Part shown: positions 25,270 through 36,455 of the stretch, one piece after another
Layout: the number at the start of each line of letters is the position of its first letter
Numbering within the stretch: the stretch's first letter is position 1
Source: Lama glama
Lineage: Eukaryota
Reading direction: 5' to 3'
Assembly (NCBI GenBank): GCA_028534125.1
Contig: CM052816.1
Coordinates: forward strand, 99,388,001 to 99,452,000
Length of the DNA stretch: 64,000 bases
Notes under the pieces: model-generated
Told to the model about the DNA's origin: nothing
Database searches by the model: none
The model's input: only the letters and a program-made list of their open reading frames with translations
Translations under genes and position numbers: made by a program

Positions 25270-27079
25270 GGAAGTATTTCTAAAGAACTGTCACAACACG
25301 TTCGGCCTCAGTGCTCCTCATGTTGAACTTTGCGTCTTGTTCACCTCAGTGGAAGCTCAAGGGCTGTGCAGCTATTGCAACTATGGGCCTGAACCATTTC
25401 AACGATGTCTCTGCATGAAATGGCCATCTGAGCAAGTCCCAAAGAAAAGAAGCGAGAGGAAAGGTGCTGACACAGGGAAGGACCCACCTGCACCCTGTGG
25501 TCAGTGACCTGGGGGTGACATCAGGGCTTCAAGACAAGCACATGCCCTTTGCTCTCGGCCCCGCCCAGTTCGGGGTGCGGCCCTGGCAGGTCTGTGAGTG
25601 GCATCTTTGCACAGGGAAGATATGATTCAGGCAGGAGGCGCTGTGTGGGGGCCGGTGCCTGCCTCACCTTCAGGAGCTCTTTGTACACCCAGGCACCTGG
25701 CTTGCACCTGCAGACTCGGAGCTGCAGCTTCTGGACGACTGGGAATGGCCTCAGGTCCCGGGACTGGGCAGCGGGCCCCCCGGGGTCTCCCTCCTCGGCC
25801 GCGTCGCCGCCTGTGAATGCAGCTCAGGGAGGCCAGGGCCCCGTGTGAGGCTCTGAGCCAGAGCCGCCCTGCACAGAGAGTGTGGCTTCAGCTTAGGTCT
25901 GAGGGTCCACCTTCCGGGCCCGCACATGGATCTGCGCCTCTGAGCAGATTCCTGGAGGCCGTCACCTCCCCGGCTTCCAAGGAGAGGGTCCATCCTGATT
26001 TCCCGAGGCTGCCCTCCTCTTGCCGTCAGGGTTCGCGCAGACCAGGGGCAAGGGGGCTGGCATGGTGGGAGCATCCCTGAGTCGGCTCCCAGGCCTCGTG
26101 GCTTCCCAGGTGTGTGGCTTTGGGCAGCTCACCTGCCCTTCCATTGTCTCACTTTCCCAGCTGCAGAGCAAAGATGGTCATGGCGATGTGTCCAGAGTTC
26201 CGGGCTGGGACGTGTGCTGGTGAGAGGAAGCACCAAGGGAGCACAGCCCAGCGTAACTCCGGGGGCGGGGTGCGGTAGGCATGGTCCCCCGCCGCCTCCC
26301 CCACGGCACTCAACCCCCGCCACTGGGAGGACCTGTCTGCGCCCTGCGCCTCCAGACCGTCCCCGACCCCAGGGAAGGAGCCTGGTCTTAGCACGGTCGC
26401 GTGTGCCGCCCAGAGCAGGGCCAAGTCAGCTCCCCGCAGCGCGGGCTCCCTGCCGTCCTGCCTAGCGAAGTAGCAACAGAGCCCTGCCCACCTGCTCCCC
26501 TGCCTGATGGTCCCCCGCTGGGACACGCCTGGCCTTAGGAAGCAGTCCCTTCACGGGCGGTGACCTCCTGGCAGAGGGAGCTCATGTTCAGAGATCAGCT
26601 CCCACCCAGCCCCCACCAGGAAGCCTGCTCTGACCACGCCTGCCCCGCTTCCTCCCGCCCCCCTCACATCTCCAAACCCCCCTCCCAGGCAGGTGGTCTG
26701 TCCTTACACACCCGCGGGTCCTCGCTCAAGCCCACTGCATGTTGCACAGTGACTACCTGCCTGCACTCCGCGGACCTCCGCCGGACAGGAGCCACCTGGT
26801 GCGCCGCGGTCTTCTTCAGACCGACCCCTGGGTAGCTGGGGGCCACCCACATCAGTGCTCTCCTGCAGGGCTGTCCCATCAAGGGCCTGGCCTTTTTTGG
26901 GCCACAGGCCTAAGAGCAGGGAGGGCCCCTGTGGTCACCCCCACCCTCCCCCAGGCATTGATGCGGACACTCACGCGGCTCTGCTGTAGACAGGTGTATG
27001 GGCTTCCTCGGTCCAGAAAGCCATCTGTGGCACTTGAAAACTGGACCTCAAATCTGATCACTGTTTGAAGCCTAGCATT

Positions 27080-27450
27080 GTTGAAGGTCGGATCTCACTG
27101 ACTGAGACGTACGTGCTGTGCGGGAGGTTTACTGGGGAGGGGCCTCAGGAACCAACGCGGGAGGGGCGGGCAGAGGGCGGGGCTTAACTGAAAGGCCGTC
27201 ACAGGAGAAGCTGCCGGTGTTCCACGGGCTCAGAGCTGGGATGCGGTCCATAGTGGCCCCCAGTTGTGGGAAGGAGCTGGCTTTGTACCCCAAAACAGTC
27301 ACTGAATGTGGGCTACCCCCTGGGAGGGGGTGTAACCTTCAGCCGAGGGCAGTTTCTGGAAAGAGACTCAGCTCCTCAAGGTCAGCACACCAGAGCCCTG
27401 GGCTGCAGGATGAGTCCCTCCCTTGGCCCTTGGGCACAGCACCGCCACAT
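27080..27450 (-). mobile_element. LTR16-like ERVL LTR
   Basis: ctgagac...gcgggaggtttactggggagg...gctttgtacccc...cagtcactgaatgtgggctaccccctgggagggggtgtaacctt. Confidence 0.7.
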
Positions 27451-29696
27451 CCAGGGACCTGTGGGGCTGAGGGGCACCGACAGGACAGCTTTATCTCCCG
27501 GGGAGGATTCTCCACTCCAGTCAAATTAGCCGGATTCTCAGATAACAGCAAAAGCAGAACCACAGCCCTGTACACTGAGCGGGGATCTACGGCCGTTTCC
27601 GTGCAGCGCAAGGGGCTCACACGCTCGCCCTCCTCCTCTCGCCTGCGAAGGCTGGGCCATGGTGCCAAGCTTCCGCAGCTAAGACTGAACAATTATGCTG
27701 TTTGTCTGCTTTTTCAGCATTGTTCAGTTGCTGTATAATTCCTAATACGGATCCACCAACTCTGTTCAAAATAAAATTTACTAAAAAGGAAACAAGATAC
27801 TAAATGCATCCTTTCCTTTGTGTGAATTCGTGACGTCATTATAGCGGAAACTCAGTTTGCATTCAAGTCTCAGTTGGAGGTGTTCTTAATTTAAACTTAA
27901 TTTTAAAAATGCAGCAAAATATAAAAAACCAGGAAAAGAGCCAGACGTAACAGCACAGGCCTAAAAACGCCCCGTTCTTCCAAGCACTGCTTCCGTGTTG
28001 ACTCCCCAAGTCCTCACCATTTTTGTTTTAACTGCAGGTGAGCGTGTTTCTGCAGAGAAAGGGAGGACTTCCTGGGGGCGAGGCCTCAAGGTGAAAAAGA
28101 CGCTCCGTTGCTTCCCAAAGAGCCTCTGCCCCATGCTCCGAGGAGTCACAGGCCACGCGAGGACTGTGCCCCTTTATAAACGGAGGTGCCTTCTTCTAAG
28201 GCGCCTGGGCGTGGGCCGGGAGGCGCCTGTGGGAGCCAAGTGGGGCTCTGCTAAGTGGGGGGACGGCTCCCCCGGGGGAATCAGCGGATCCACTCTGGGG
28301 AACAGGCGGGGCTCTGGCATCTGCAAATGTTGAACCCCCAGAAGCCATTGATTATTTTAACCAGGCTCAATTTGTCTTTGAAAGAGACATTTTAAAAAGC
28401 AAAAGAGCTTAAACAAACATGAAAGTAATCTAATTCAGACATAAACATGAAAGTTAATAAGATTACCCTGAATTGATCTAAATATTACTTAAAATAATTA
28501 GAAATGATTTTTGATGGCATGCCACTTCAGTGGGGACACTGTTATGTTCCATTAGGAAGCCGACGGATTATTGCTTTCCAGAGTATTTTCCTGTTGTTTA
28601 TGACCTTCAGAAGAAGTCATGGTGTTGGCAGACCCGTCAATCAAGATTTCCCCGGATGATGGATGCATTCCCGCATCTCCTGTAGCTCTGGTGTTCCGCC
28701 TTCACTCTTCCCGCACACGGCCTTCACGTAGAAACAGTGCCTTTGTCCTGCTTGAACCCCGACATAAAGTCACAGATACATAATCTCAGAGAAGATGAAT
28801 ATTTAATTTAATTTTTTTCAATCTACGGCAAAAACATATGACCAGAAACACACTACTGACTGTCGAAGGTTGCAGGTTGTACTTCGACGTGAACGTAGCG
28901 ATTCCGAGACCCGCAGGGTGAGGAGGCATCTACTGGGTCTGCTGGACCCCTGGGCCAGTGCCAAGGCTAAGGGGCCAGTGAAACGCGCATTTTTGTTGTT
29001 TTTGTGCAAACTCAACTCCGGCAGCCTTTGAGGTTAGAAACAATTACTGTTGCTAAAGGTCTGTCATTCAGTCAAAAACAGAGTTTCCTGCGACATGTGA
29101 ACATGAAGTGCTGACTGCAGAGAGCGCTTCTGCGAGGAGACGCACCAGCAGAAGTGCCAGAGCGCTGCGGCAGCTCGTGCTGTTTATAATCAAAACGGAC
29201 ATTTGACAAAAGCGTGTTTGAGGTTGCAGGAATCATCCCACTGATATGTCAGGGTTGTAGCCAGCTATCTGATTATTAATTAACATTTTTTTCTATATCA
29301 AACTGAAATGGCAGTTTTTTAGGACCTCATGTCACTCACTTCCAGGGTCCTAAACATTCAGTCCAGAAAAATGATATCATAATTAGTGCATCCAATTTTT
29401 GTTGTGGGAAATGTGAACATATTCAACAGAGCAGGTAGTGGAAACATTAAGTGTGTAAGTTAGTACGACAAATGAGAAGGTCGGAGTCAGTACCAGCGAT
29501 AATAACAAAGGATTGAAAGCATCATGTAAAAGTGGGCACACTGGTCACACGCCTTGCTTTTTTTCACTTTCCTGTGAAACCATGCTGAGCAGTTCACAGT
29601 TTTATGACAACACCTGCCACCTGGCTTCACATAGAAGATAAAGGTCTATTTGGAAGTGTTAAGTCATCTTTAAAAACTAGCATAAGAATCATATTT

Positions 29697-30345
29697 GTTT
29701 ATTTTTAAAATTTTTTTATTGAAGTATAGTCAGTTTACAATGTTATGTCAATTTCTGGTGTACAGCACAATGTTTCAGTCATACATGAATAAATATATAC
29801 ATATTTTTCACCGTAAGCTACTGTAAGATATTGAATATAGTTCCCTGTACTGCACAGTATAAACTTGTTTTATCTATTTTATGTATACCAGTCAGTATAT
29901 GCAAATCTCGAACTCCCAATTTATCCCTTCCCTATGCCATCCCCCTGGTAACCATAAGTATATTTTCTATGTCTGTGAGTCTGTTTCTGTTTTATAAATA
30001 AGTTCGTTTGTCTCTTTCTTTTTAGATTCCACATATGAGTGATATCATATGGTATTTTTCTTTTTCTTTCTGGCCTACTTCACTTAGAATGACATTCTTC
30101 AGGGCCATCCATGTTGCTGCAAATGGCATTATTTTATTATTTTTTATGGCTGAGTAGTATCCCATTGTATAAATGCACCACAACGTCTTTATCCAGTCAT
30201 CTGTCAATGGACATTTAGGCTGTTTCCATGTCTTGGTTATTGTATACAGTGCTACTGTGAACACTGGGGTGCAGGTGTCTTTTTGAATTAAGTTTCCCTC
30301 TGGATGTATGCCCAGAAGTGGGATTGCTGGATCATAAGGTAAAGT
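29697..30345 (-). mobile_element. 5'-truncated lineage-specific L1
   Basis: T tail, 3' UTR and ORF 30022-30264 encoding the L1 ORF2 C-terminus (KTWKQPKCP...DDWIK...YYSAIK...MPFAATW); flanked by taagaatca(t/c)attt repeats. Confidence 0.95.
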
Positions 30346-30359
30346 TAAGAATCACATTT

Positions 30360-30464
30360 ATTTATTTTTTTAAGTTTTTTTTTTTGAATTGAAGTATAGT
30401 CAGTAACAATGTGTCAGTTTCTGGTGTATAGTGGAATATTTCAGTCATACATATACATACATAT
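30360..30464 (-). mobile_element. Very short L1 3' end, tandem to the previous copy
   Basis: T tail, then ttgaagtatagtcagtaacaatgtgtcagtttctggtgta...ttcagtcataca, homologous to 29719-29786. Confidence 0.9.
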
Positions 30465-30864
30465 AAAGAATCATATTTATACTTCTTTTCAGCTTGGGAG
30501 GCAAAAATATCTTTCACTTAGGCCAGACTTCACTGACATCATGAGTGGGGCTGCATGTTCCCGACCAAGACCCATCTGGGGAGGGGCTCATCTCCTCTTT
30601 GAGAAATAGATTCCCAAGGAACAAGCACACCCAAAGTCATGTCATGAACTCATTTCCAAACCCTGCCAGAAAATACAATTTTGTATTACCTTGTTATCTT
30701 GCATTTTTCTAGTTATTTTAAATATATATTTTTCCTGTAAAGAAATATATGCAGGATAAATTGGGAAGAGAGACCAAAATGTAATATGCGTTTTCTTTTC
30801 CATTTCTGAATAGGGGAAAAAAAATCTCTTGCTGACAAGTCGGTTTCTGATCTGGCTTGTTTTC

Positions 30865-31130
30865 CCCTTAATCAGCTTCACTGAGGTATAATGTAGATAT
30901 ACTAAATACTACAATTTTAGGGGAAAAGTACAATGTTTTTCGCCACCACAACCCACCATGATGCAGAATATTGCTGTTGCTCCAAAATGTCCCCTTGCGT
31001 CACTTTGTAGGTGGTCCCCTTTCCCTTGTCGGCCCCTGGTAACCACTGACCTGCTGTCTGTCCTGCAGCTTTAAAGTTTTCAGAAGTTCTTACAAACGAC
31101 TCAGCATGTTTTGTCCTCTCCCTCCAAAGA
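30865..31130 (-). mobile_element. Old L1MB-like 3' end
   Basis: cagcttcactgaggtataat...cagaatatt...ctccaaaa...cccctggtaaccactgacctgct. Confidence 0.75.
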
Positions 31131-32968
31131 GCTGCACTGCACATGGGAGCTAGTCTGACGTGTTAACACGTTTGTGAGCAGCCTTTGTGAGACCCATTAT
31201 GTGAAGTGAAGATTTCTTTGACGTCAGCCAGTTGTGGGTGCACGGATTTTCTCAAGCACATTACCAGGCTTGGTTTTATTCTATTTCCCATGTGATATAA
31301 ACTCAGATGTCCCATCCCTCTGCGAAGCACCATTAGACTCCAGGGCGTGAAACGTTCAGTCTGCTGCACCGACTCTTACTGGCCAGTTTGGGGACTGTAG
31401 GTGGCACCTCTCACTGTTCTTTGATAATTGTTATTTTCATTAAACCCAACATGACAGAAGCCCACGACGACCAAAGCAGTGAGAAGGGATTTGGGGGGTT
31501 TTGTTGTTTCTTCTGTTTTTGCTTTTGATCCTCCAAAGTCCTAGATGATTTGATGCCATTGAAGCAAGAGAGGCCAGGAGCTCTCCCACAAAGCCAGGAG
31601 AAGTGGTTAGATCTCGTTTTGCAAGTAACTCAGGCACCCACAGGACAGCCCTGGGTCGCTGGGTTCTGACTCTGGGCTCAGAGTAGACACCAACAGCGTA
31701 TCCATGATGCAAGAAATAGTTCACAAAGAGTCCTTCCTCAGATGCCTCATGTGTCAGTGTTCAACAGACAGAACGTGGTCTTACAACAACATTTGATGAA
31801 GACTTTTAGGTAATATTTGATGAATTAATCAATGTGGGTGTCGCTGGCCACTACTTTCTACAGCAGGGTGTGCGGAACTTTGACATGTACTTTTGAGTCA
31901 CGAGATTCTACTGACACAAGGCAATTATAACAAAGTGGAGGCTTTAAAAATATTCCTGTGGCAATAAACAAAAGGAAGATGAAGTGTACGGGCTGTAATT
32001 GGAAATGGGTTCCCCTTCTAAGAAATGATGAAATGAAGAAAAACAAAAATAAACAGAACCTTGACGTGCAGCAATTGGAGTTGTCATTTTTCATCCCCAG
32101 TCATTAGAGGCTCAGCCCATTTACTAAAATCACATTGTTCAATTATAAAAGCAAATAAATATAATTAAAAAGTTAAATAGATACTGTTAGGTTCTCTGTC
32201 GGCAAAGCACTGAAATGCATCAAGTGATATTTTGAAGATAGTTTCTGTCATTTCAAATGACTGTGAAGCAGGCCCGTCAGCACGGATGAGGCAGATAACC
32301 AAGAGATTGCAATAATTGGTTACATCTCCTATTTATTCCTATGCCGCTTGAGCATAAACAAAAAGAAAATGCCTTTTCCTATTTATCCTAAGAATACATG
32401 TCACCCACCTGTCAGAAAGAGAATAGCAGAGAATCTGAAGAAAGATATATTATTTTGGAGGCTGGGAGTTTAACTATAGGTGGGAAAGACACAGCCCTGC
32501 ACATAGAAAACAGAAATCTTCTTACACAAGGAATTCCATTTCCACGTTGCAAAATATGCTGTAAAAAATGTTTGCCTCCAGAGTATGTGAAAGTCCCTGC
32601 AATAATGGGACCTGCTGTCTCCGTTATAAATTAGCTAGTACTAAGCAAAACGACCAGTGCCTGTCGCAGATGTTTTATGTCCAAAAGAATGAGGAAAGTG
32701 CAGTACATTCCCTGAACACCTAGATACACACCTAGAATCTGATTCTATGGTTGGCCCCCCACCTCCAGATCGAATTTTACGACCAGTCATCACAGAGTCC
32801 TTCCCTCTCCTCCAAGAAGGAGCGGTGCCCGCAGTGCAGGAAGCCCTGAAGCCCTGGGAGGCCCACATCTGCCCTCTGAGCCGGGCTTGGCCTCCAGGCA
32901 TCGTGGGCTCAAGGCTTGGCAGGGCCCCAGACTAGAGTCTGTGGCACGGTGGCTGTGGCAATGCCACC

Positions 32969-33793
32969 TGCGCCGGTCATAGGTTGCTGTGATGAAACAC
33001 CACGGACTTCTCAGCACACAGACCACAAAATTAAACTCACACTCGATGGCAAGACAAAAGGAATTTAGACGCAGACCTTCTCTCTGTCCCCGCTGCTGGG
33101 TCTGTGTGTCCGCAACTCTCGTGCCCCGTTAGCAGAGACACCTGCCCGGCCATGGAGGGCAGCGCTCTCCCAGCCCCAGCAGGACCACTGCTTCAGAGAC
33201 AGCCCTCCTTCCTGACCTCGTGAGGGGCCTCGATGCCCCCCACTTCACACTTGCAGCCCTGGACTGCGCAAACCGTCTGCCTCATTTAATAGACAGCCCC
33301 CGTCTCATAAAGGCTTACATTATGGTGCCTTGACTTCCCATGGTAGGAAAGGGAACTTGGAGTTTTCTGATATGCTGTTCCTCCTGGATTATTATCCTTA
33401 AATTTGGCTTAAATGACATTTTTCACTTCTTTCAAAGGTTGACTATTGATTACTTTCCATCAACCAACATTACTGTGTCACAGTTCTGGAGCCGAAGTCT
33501 GAGGTCAGAGCTCCACTTAATTTGATTTCTGGTTAGGGGTCTCCCCCGACTTTCAGAAGGCTGCTTCCCACTGCACCCTCGTGTGGCCTTCCCAGCGTGT
33601 GTGTTCATGGGAAGAAAGAGAGAGAGAGAAGGAGCGAGAGAGAGGAGAGTGAGCTCTCTTCCTCAGAGGCCCCTCCTTATGAGCTCATTTAGGTTTAATC
33701 ACTTCCTTAAGGCCCCCTCTCCAAGTGTGGCCCCACTGGGGGTTAAGGTTCAACATACGAATTTGAAGGTAACACAAATATTAATCCACAGCG
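32969..33793 (-). mobile_element. MLT1A0-like LTR (3' LTR of a provirus), interrupted by an insert at about 33031-33471
   Basis: taggttgctgtgatgaaacaccacggact, then the insert, then tcacagttctggag...ctcatttaggtttaatcacttccttaaggcccc...caacatacgaatttg. Confidence 0.8.
33031..33471 (+). mobile_element. Nested insert, probably an ERV1-class LTR remnant
   Basis: Splits the MLT1A LTR; ends tccttaaatttggcttaaat...tttcacttcttt...gactattgatta...aaca like ERV1 U5 ends; no clear 5' TG. Confidence 0.45.
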
Positions 33794-35128
33794 TATCATC
33801 CCCAAATACGTGTCCTTTTCTCACGCAAAATACATTCATCTCATCTGCAGCCCCCAAAGTCTTAACTCATTCTAGGATCAGCTCTAACATCTAAGGGCCA
33901 AGATCTCATCCATATATTGTCTACATCAGGAGTGTGTGAGACTCCAGGTTAACTTTACTCTAGCTGTGAACCTGTGAGAGCAGATGGGTTATATGCTTCC
34001 AAAATGCAGTGGGGGACCAGGCACAGGAAGAGAATTCTCATTTCAGAAGGAAAGGAAGAAAGGGATGATGGGTCCCAGGCAAGCCCAACGTCCAGCACGG
34101 AGATGCCATTGCAGCTTTGAGAGGAGAGCAGTCCTCTTTGGCTGATTCTCCCCCCTACCACTCCCCTGGACCACTGGGGAGGCAGCATCACCCTTGTGGC
34201 TCCAGGAGGGACCCCTGCCTCCATCTCTGCTGCAAAGTCCTGCCCCCGAGGCTCTGGGCAGGGACATCCTTGGCCACTGAAATTAAATCGGCAGCCCTGA
34301 CCTTGAAAGCAAGAAGGAATCCACACGGGGCCTGAGCCTGTGGTGAGAATGGCAGCCCTGAGTATCTCTGAATCTCCTTCCTGGTCATTCTCCCCTTCTC
34401 TTGAAGGATAGCACAAGTTCATGGGCAAATGGGTCTATCATCTCATCCTGTAGGATCCCAGAAGGGCAAAGCCTTCCTCTGTTCCACGTCATTTCCGTTT
34501 CCTTTGCTTCCCTCTGGCAATGTCTCTGCCGGTGTAACCCCATCTCCCTCTCTGGCTCTGCTGAGATGGCAAATTGAGTCCATGAGTGGCACCCATGGTC
34601 TCTTTATCAAATAGTTGTTCAGACATACTCTTTGAAACAAACAGTCTCATCTTTTTTCAAGATGGATCGGCAAGGAATTTCCAAAATCTTCAAGTTCTGG
34701 TTCTTTGTGCTAACAGTTTCTTTAGTTCACCTCTCTCATCTTGCCTTTTACTATAAGTGGAAAGACGAAACCAACCTACTTCTGCAACACTTTGCTTAGA
34801 AGTGTCCTCAGCTAAATATCTGATTCCATCACTCACAAGTTCTACCTTCCACAAAATTCTAGGACACAATTCTGTCCAGCTCTTTAACACGTTATAACAA
34901 GGATCACCTTTCCTCCAGTCTTCAATAATGTGTTCCTCTCTTCATCTGGGACTTTACTTGAAAGATCTTTAACATCTGTATCTCTACTGCATTCTGTTCA
35001 AGGTCATCTGGACCTTCCCTAGCATGCACGTCAAATCCCTCCCAGCCTCTATCTCCGCCCAGTTCGAAAGCCACCTCCACAGGTCGGGGTTTTGTTACAG
35101 CAGCTGGATGCTTCTCAGTCTCAAATTC
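33794..35128 (-). mobile_element. MLT1-int (MaLR internal region)
   Basis: tgtccttttctcacgcaaaatacattcat...ccaaagtcttaactcattc...tgcttccaaaatgcagtgg...tcactcacaagttctaccttccacaaaa...aacaaggatcacctttcctccagt...aaagccacctccaca. Confidence 0.88.
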
Positions 35129-35698
35129 TGTATGACTCTAGATATACAGAGAGGCAGAGAGAGAGAGAGACGGAGACAGACACACAGAGACAGAGACACA
35201 GAAACACAGAGAGACAGAGAGATACAGACCAAGAGACAGAGATAGAGCAGAGAGAGAAACAGACAGAGAGAGGCAGATACAGAGAGAGATTTGCTATAAG
35301 AGATTGCCTCCTGTGACCATGCAGACTGATAAATCCTCAGATCTGCTGTCGGCAAGCTGGAGACCCAGGGGAGGCCGGGCAAGTCTGAAAGCCGGAGACT
35401 TAAGGCCCTGGAAGAGAGTGAATGCTTTGGTTTGTGTCCAAAAGGAGGAAAAGACCATGCCTCAGCTCAGAAGCAGCCAGGCAGGAAGAACCCTCCTCAG
35501 TGTGGGGGACAGGCAACATTTCGGTCTATCCTGGTGTTCTGGTTTGGGCTGATGACAGGAGGCCCCTCACAGCAGGGAAGGCAGATGCTCAATCAACGTG
35601 CACGTCAAATTCACCCCAGAGCATGCAGCACAATGTTTCATCAGTCACCCGGGCACCCTCTGGCCCAGTCACGTTGACACGCAGACTTAGCCGGCACG
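35129..35698 (-). mobile_element. MLT2B-like ERVL LTR with expanded GA/CA microsatellite
   Basis: gatttgctataaggagattgcctc...gatctgctgtcggcaagctggagacccagg...tggcccagtcacgttgacac. Confidence 0.85.
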
Positions 35699-35885
35699 TC
35701 ACCTCTGCCAGACCGCTGGCCAGCCAGCTGAGGCTGAGCTGGGCCCGGGCGCCCCGGGCTGAGAGCCCATCCTGCAGCTCAGGGCTGACCAGCTGCAGCT
35801 CGGCCCCGGCGTGAGCACCTTCTCATCTGACCTGCTCTAGATGTTTCACACATTTACTTCTCCAAAGAGGGGGCTGAAGTTTAAA

Positions 35886-36052
35886 ACTCCCACTCAAATG
35901 TGACTTTCAGATAAGGGTACACTTCTTCTTAGTGTAAGTATGGCCTGTGCAATGTTTGGAAAATACTTGGACTAAAAATGGTTGTTGTTTATTTGAAATT
36001 CAAATTTACGTGGATGTCCTGTATTTTTTATTCGCTAAATTTGGAAAACTTA
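35886..36052. mobile_element. MER53 palindromic hAT MITE
   Basis: tttcagataa...ttagtgtaagtatg...tgcaatgtttgg...atactt...gttgtttatttgaaattcaaattta...tcctgtattttt...gctaaatttgg. Confidence 0.8.
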
Positions 36053-36241
36053 TTTTACTTTTAAAATGCTATTTTAGATTATTGATCCAAACAGCATTTA
36101 TATGTCAGAGGAGTAAGAGGGAAAGGAATGAATTTTGAAGGAACTAGAAAATTAGGACTCACGTACCAAGGAAAATTCAGTTTAAAAGAAACTGATCCAA
36201 GCACATTAACTGCATGGAGTAAATTCAAAAGGTAAGTATTT

Positions 36242-36455
36242 AGATTTGCAGATACGAACTACTACATATAAAATAGATACACAAGTTTCTACTGTACAGC
36301 ACAGAGAACCATATTCAATATATTATAGTAACCTAACATGAAAAAAAACCATGAAAAATAACATATGTATGTATACATATGACTGAAACATTATGTTGTG
36401 CACCAGAAATTGACACAATGTTGTAAACAGACTAGACTTCAATTTAAAAAAAAAA
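36242..36455 (+). mobile_element. Short lineage-specific L1 3' UTR with A tail
   Basis: agatttgcagatac...tgtacagcacagagaac...atgactgaaacattatg...ccagaaattgacaca...acttcaatttaaaaaaaaaa. Confidence 0.9.

Noticed and set aside
27118..27738. 206-aa ORF
   Set aside because: Starts at a non-ATG codon inside an LTR16-like element in GC-rich sequence.
30022..30264. ORF with real protein homology
   Set aside because: It is the C-terminus of L1 ORF2 in a truncated retrocopy, not a host gene; the same applies to 38693-38935 and 40804-41214.
35720..35812. GAGCT/GGGCT/CAGCT pentamers reminiscent of immunoglobulin switch regions
   Set aside because: Under 100 bp, not tandemly periodic, and no immunoglobulin exons are present.
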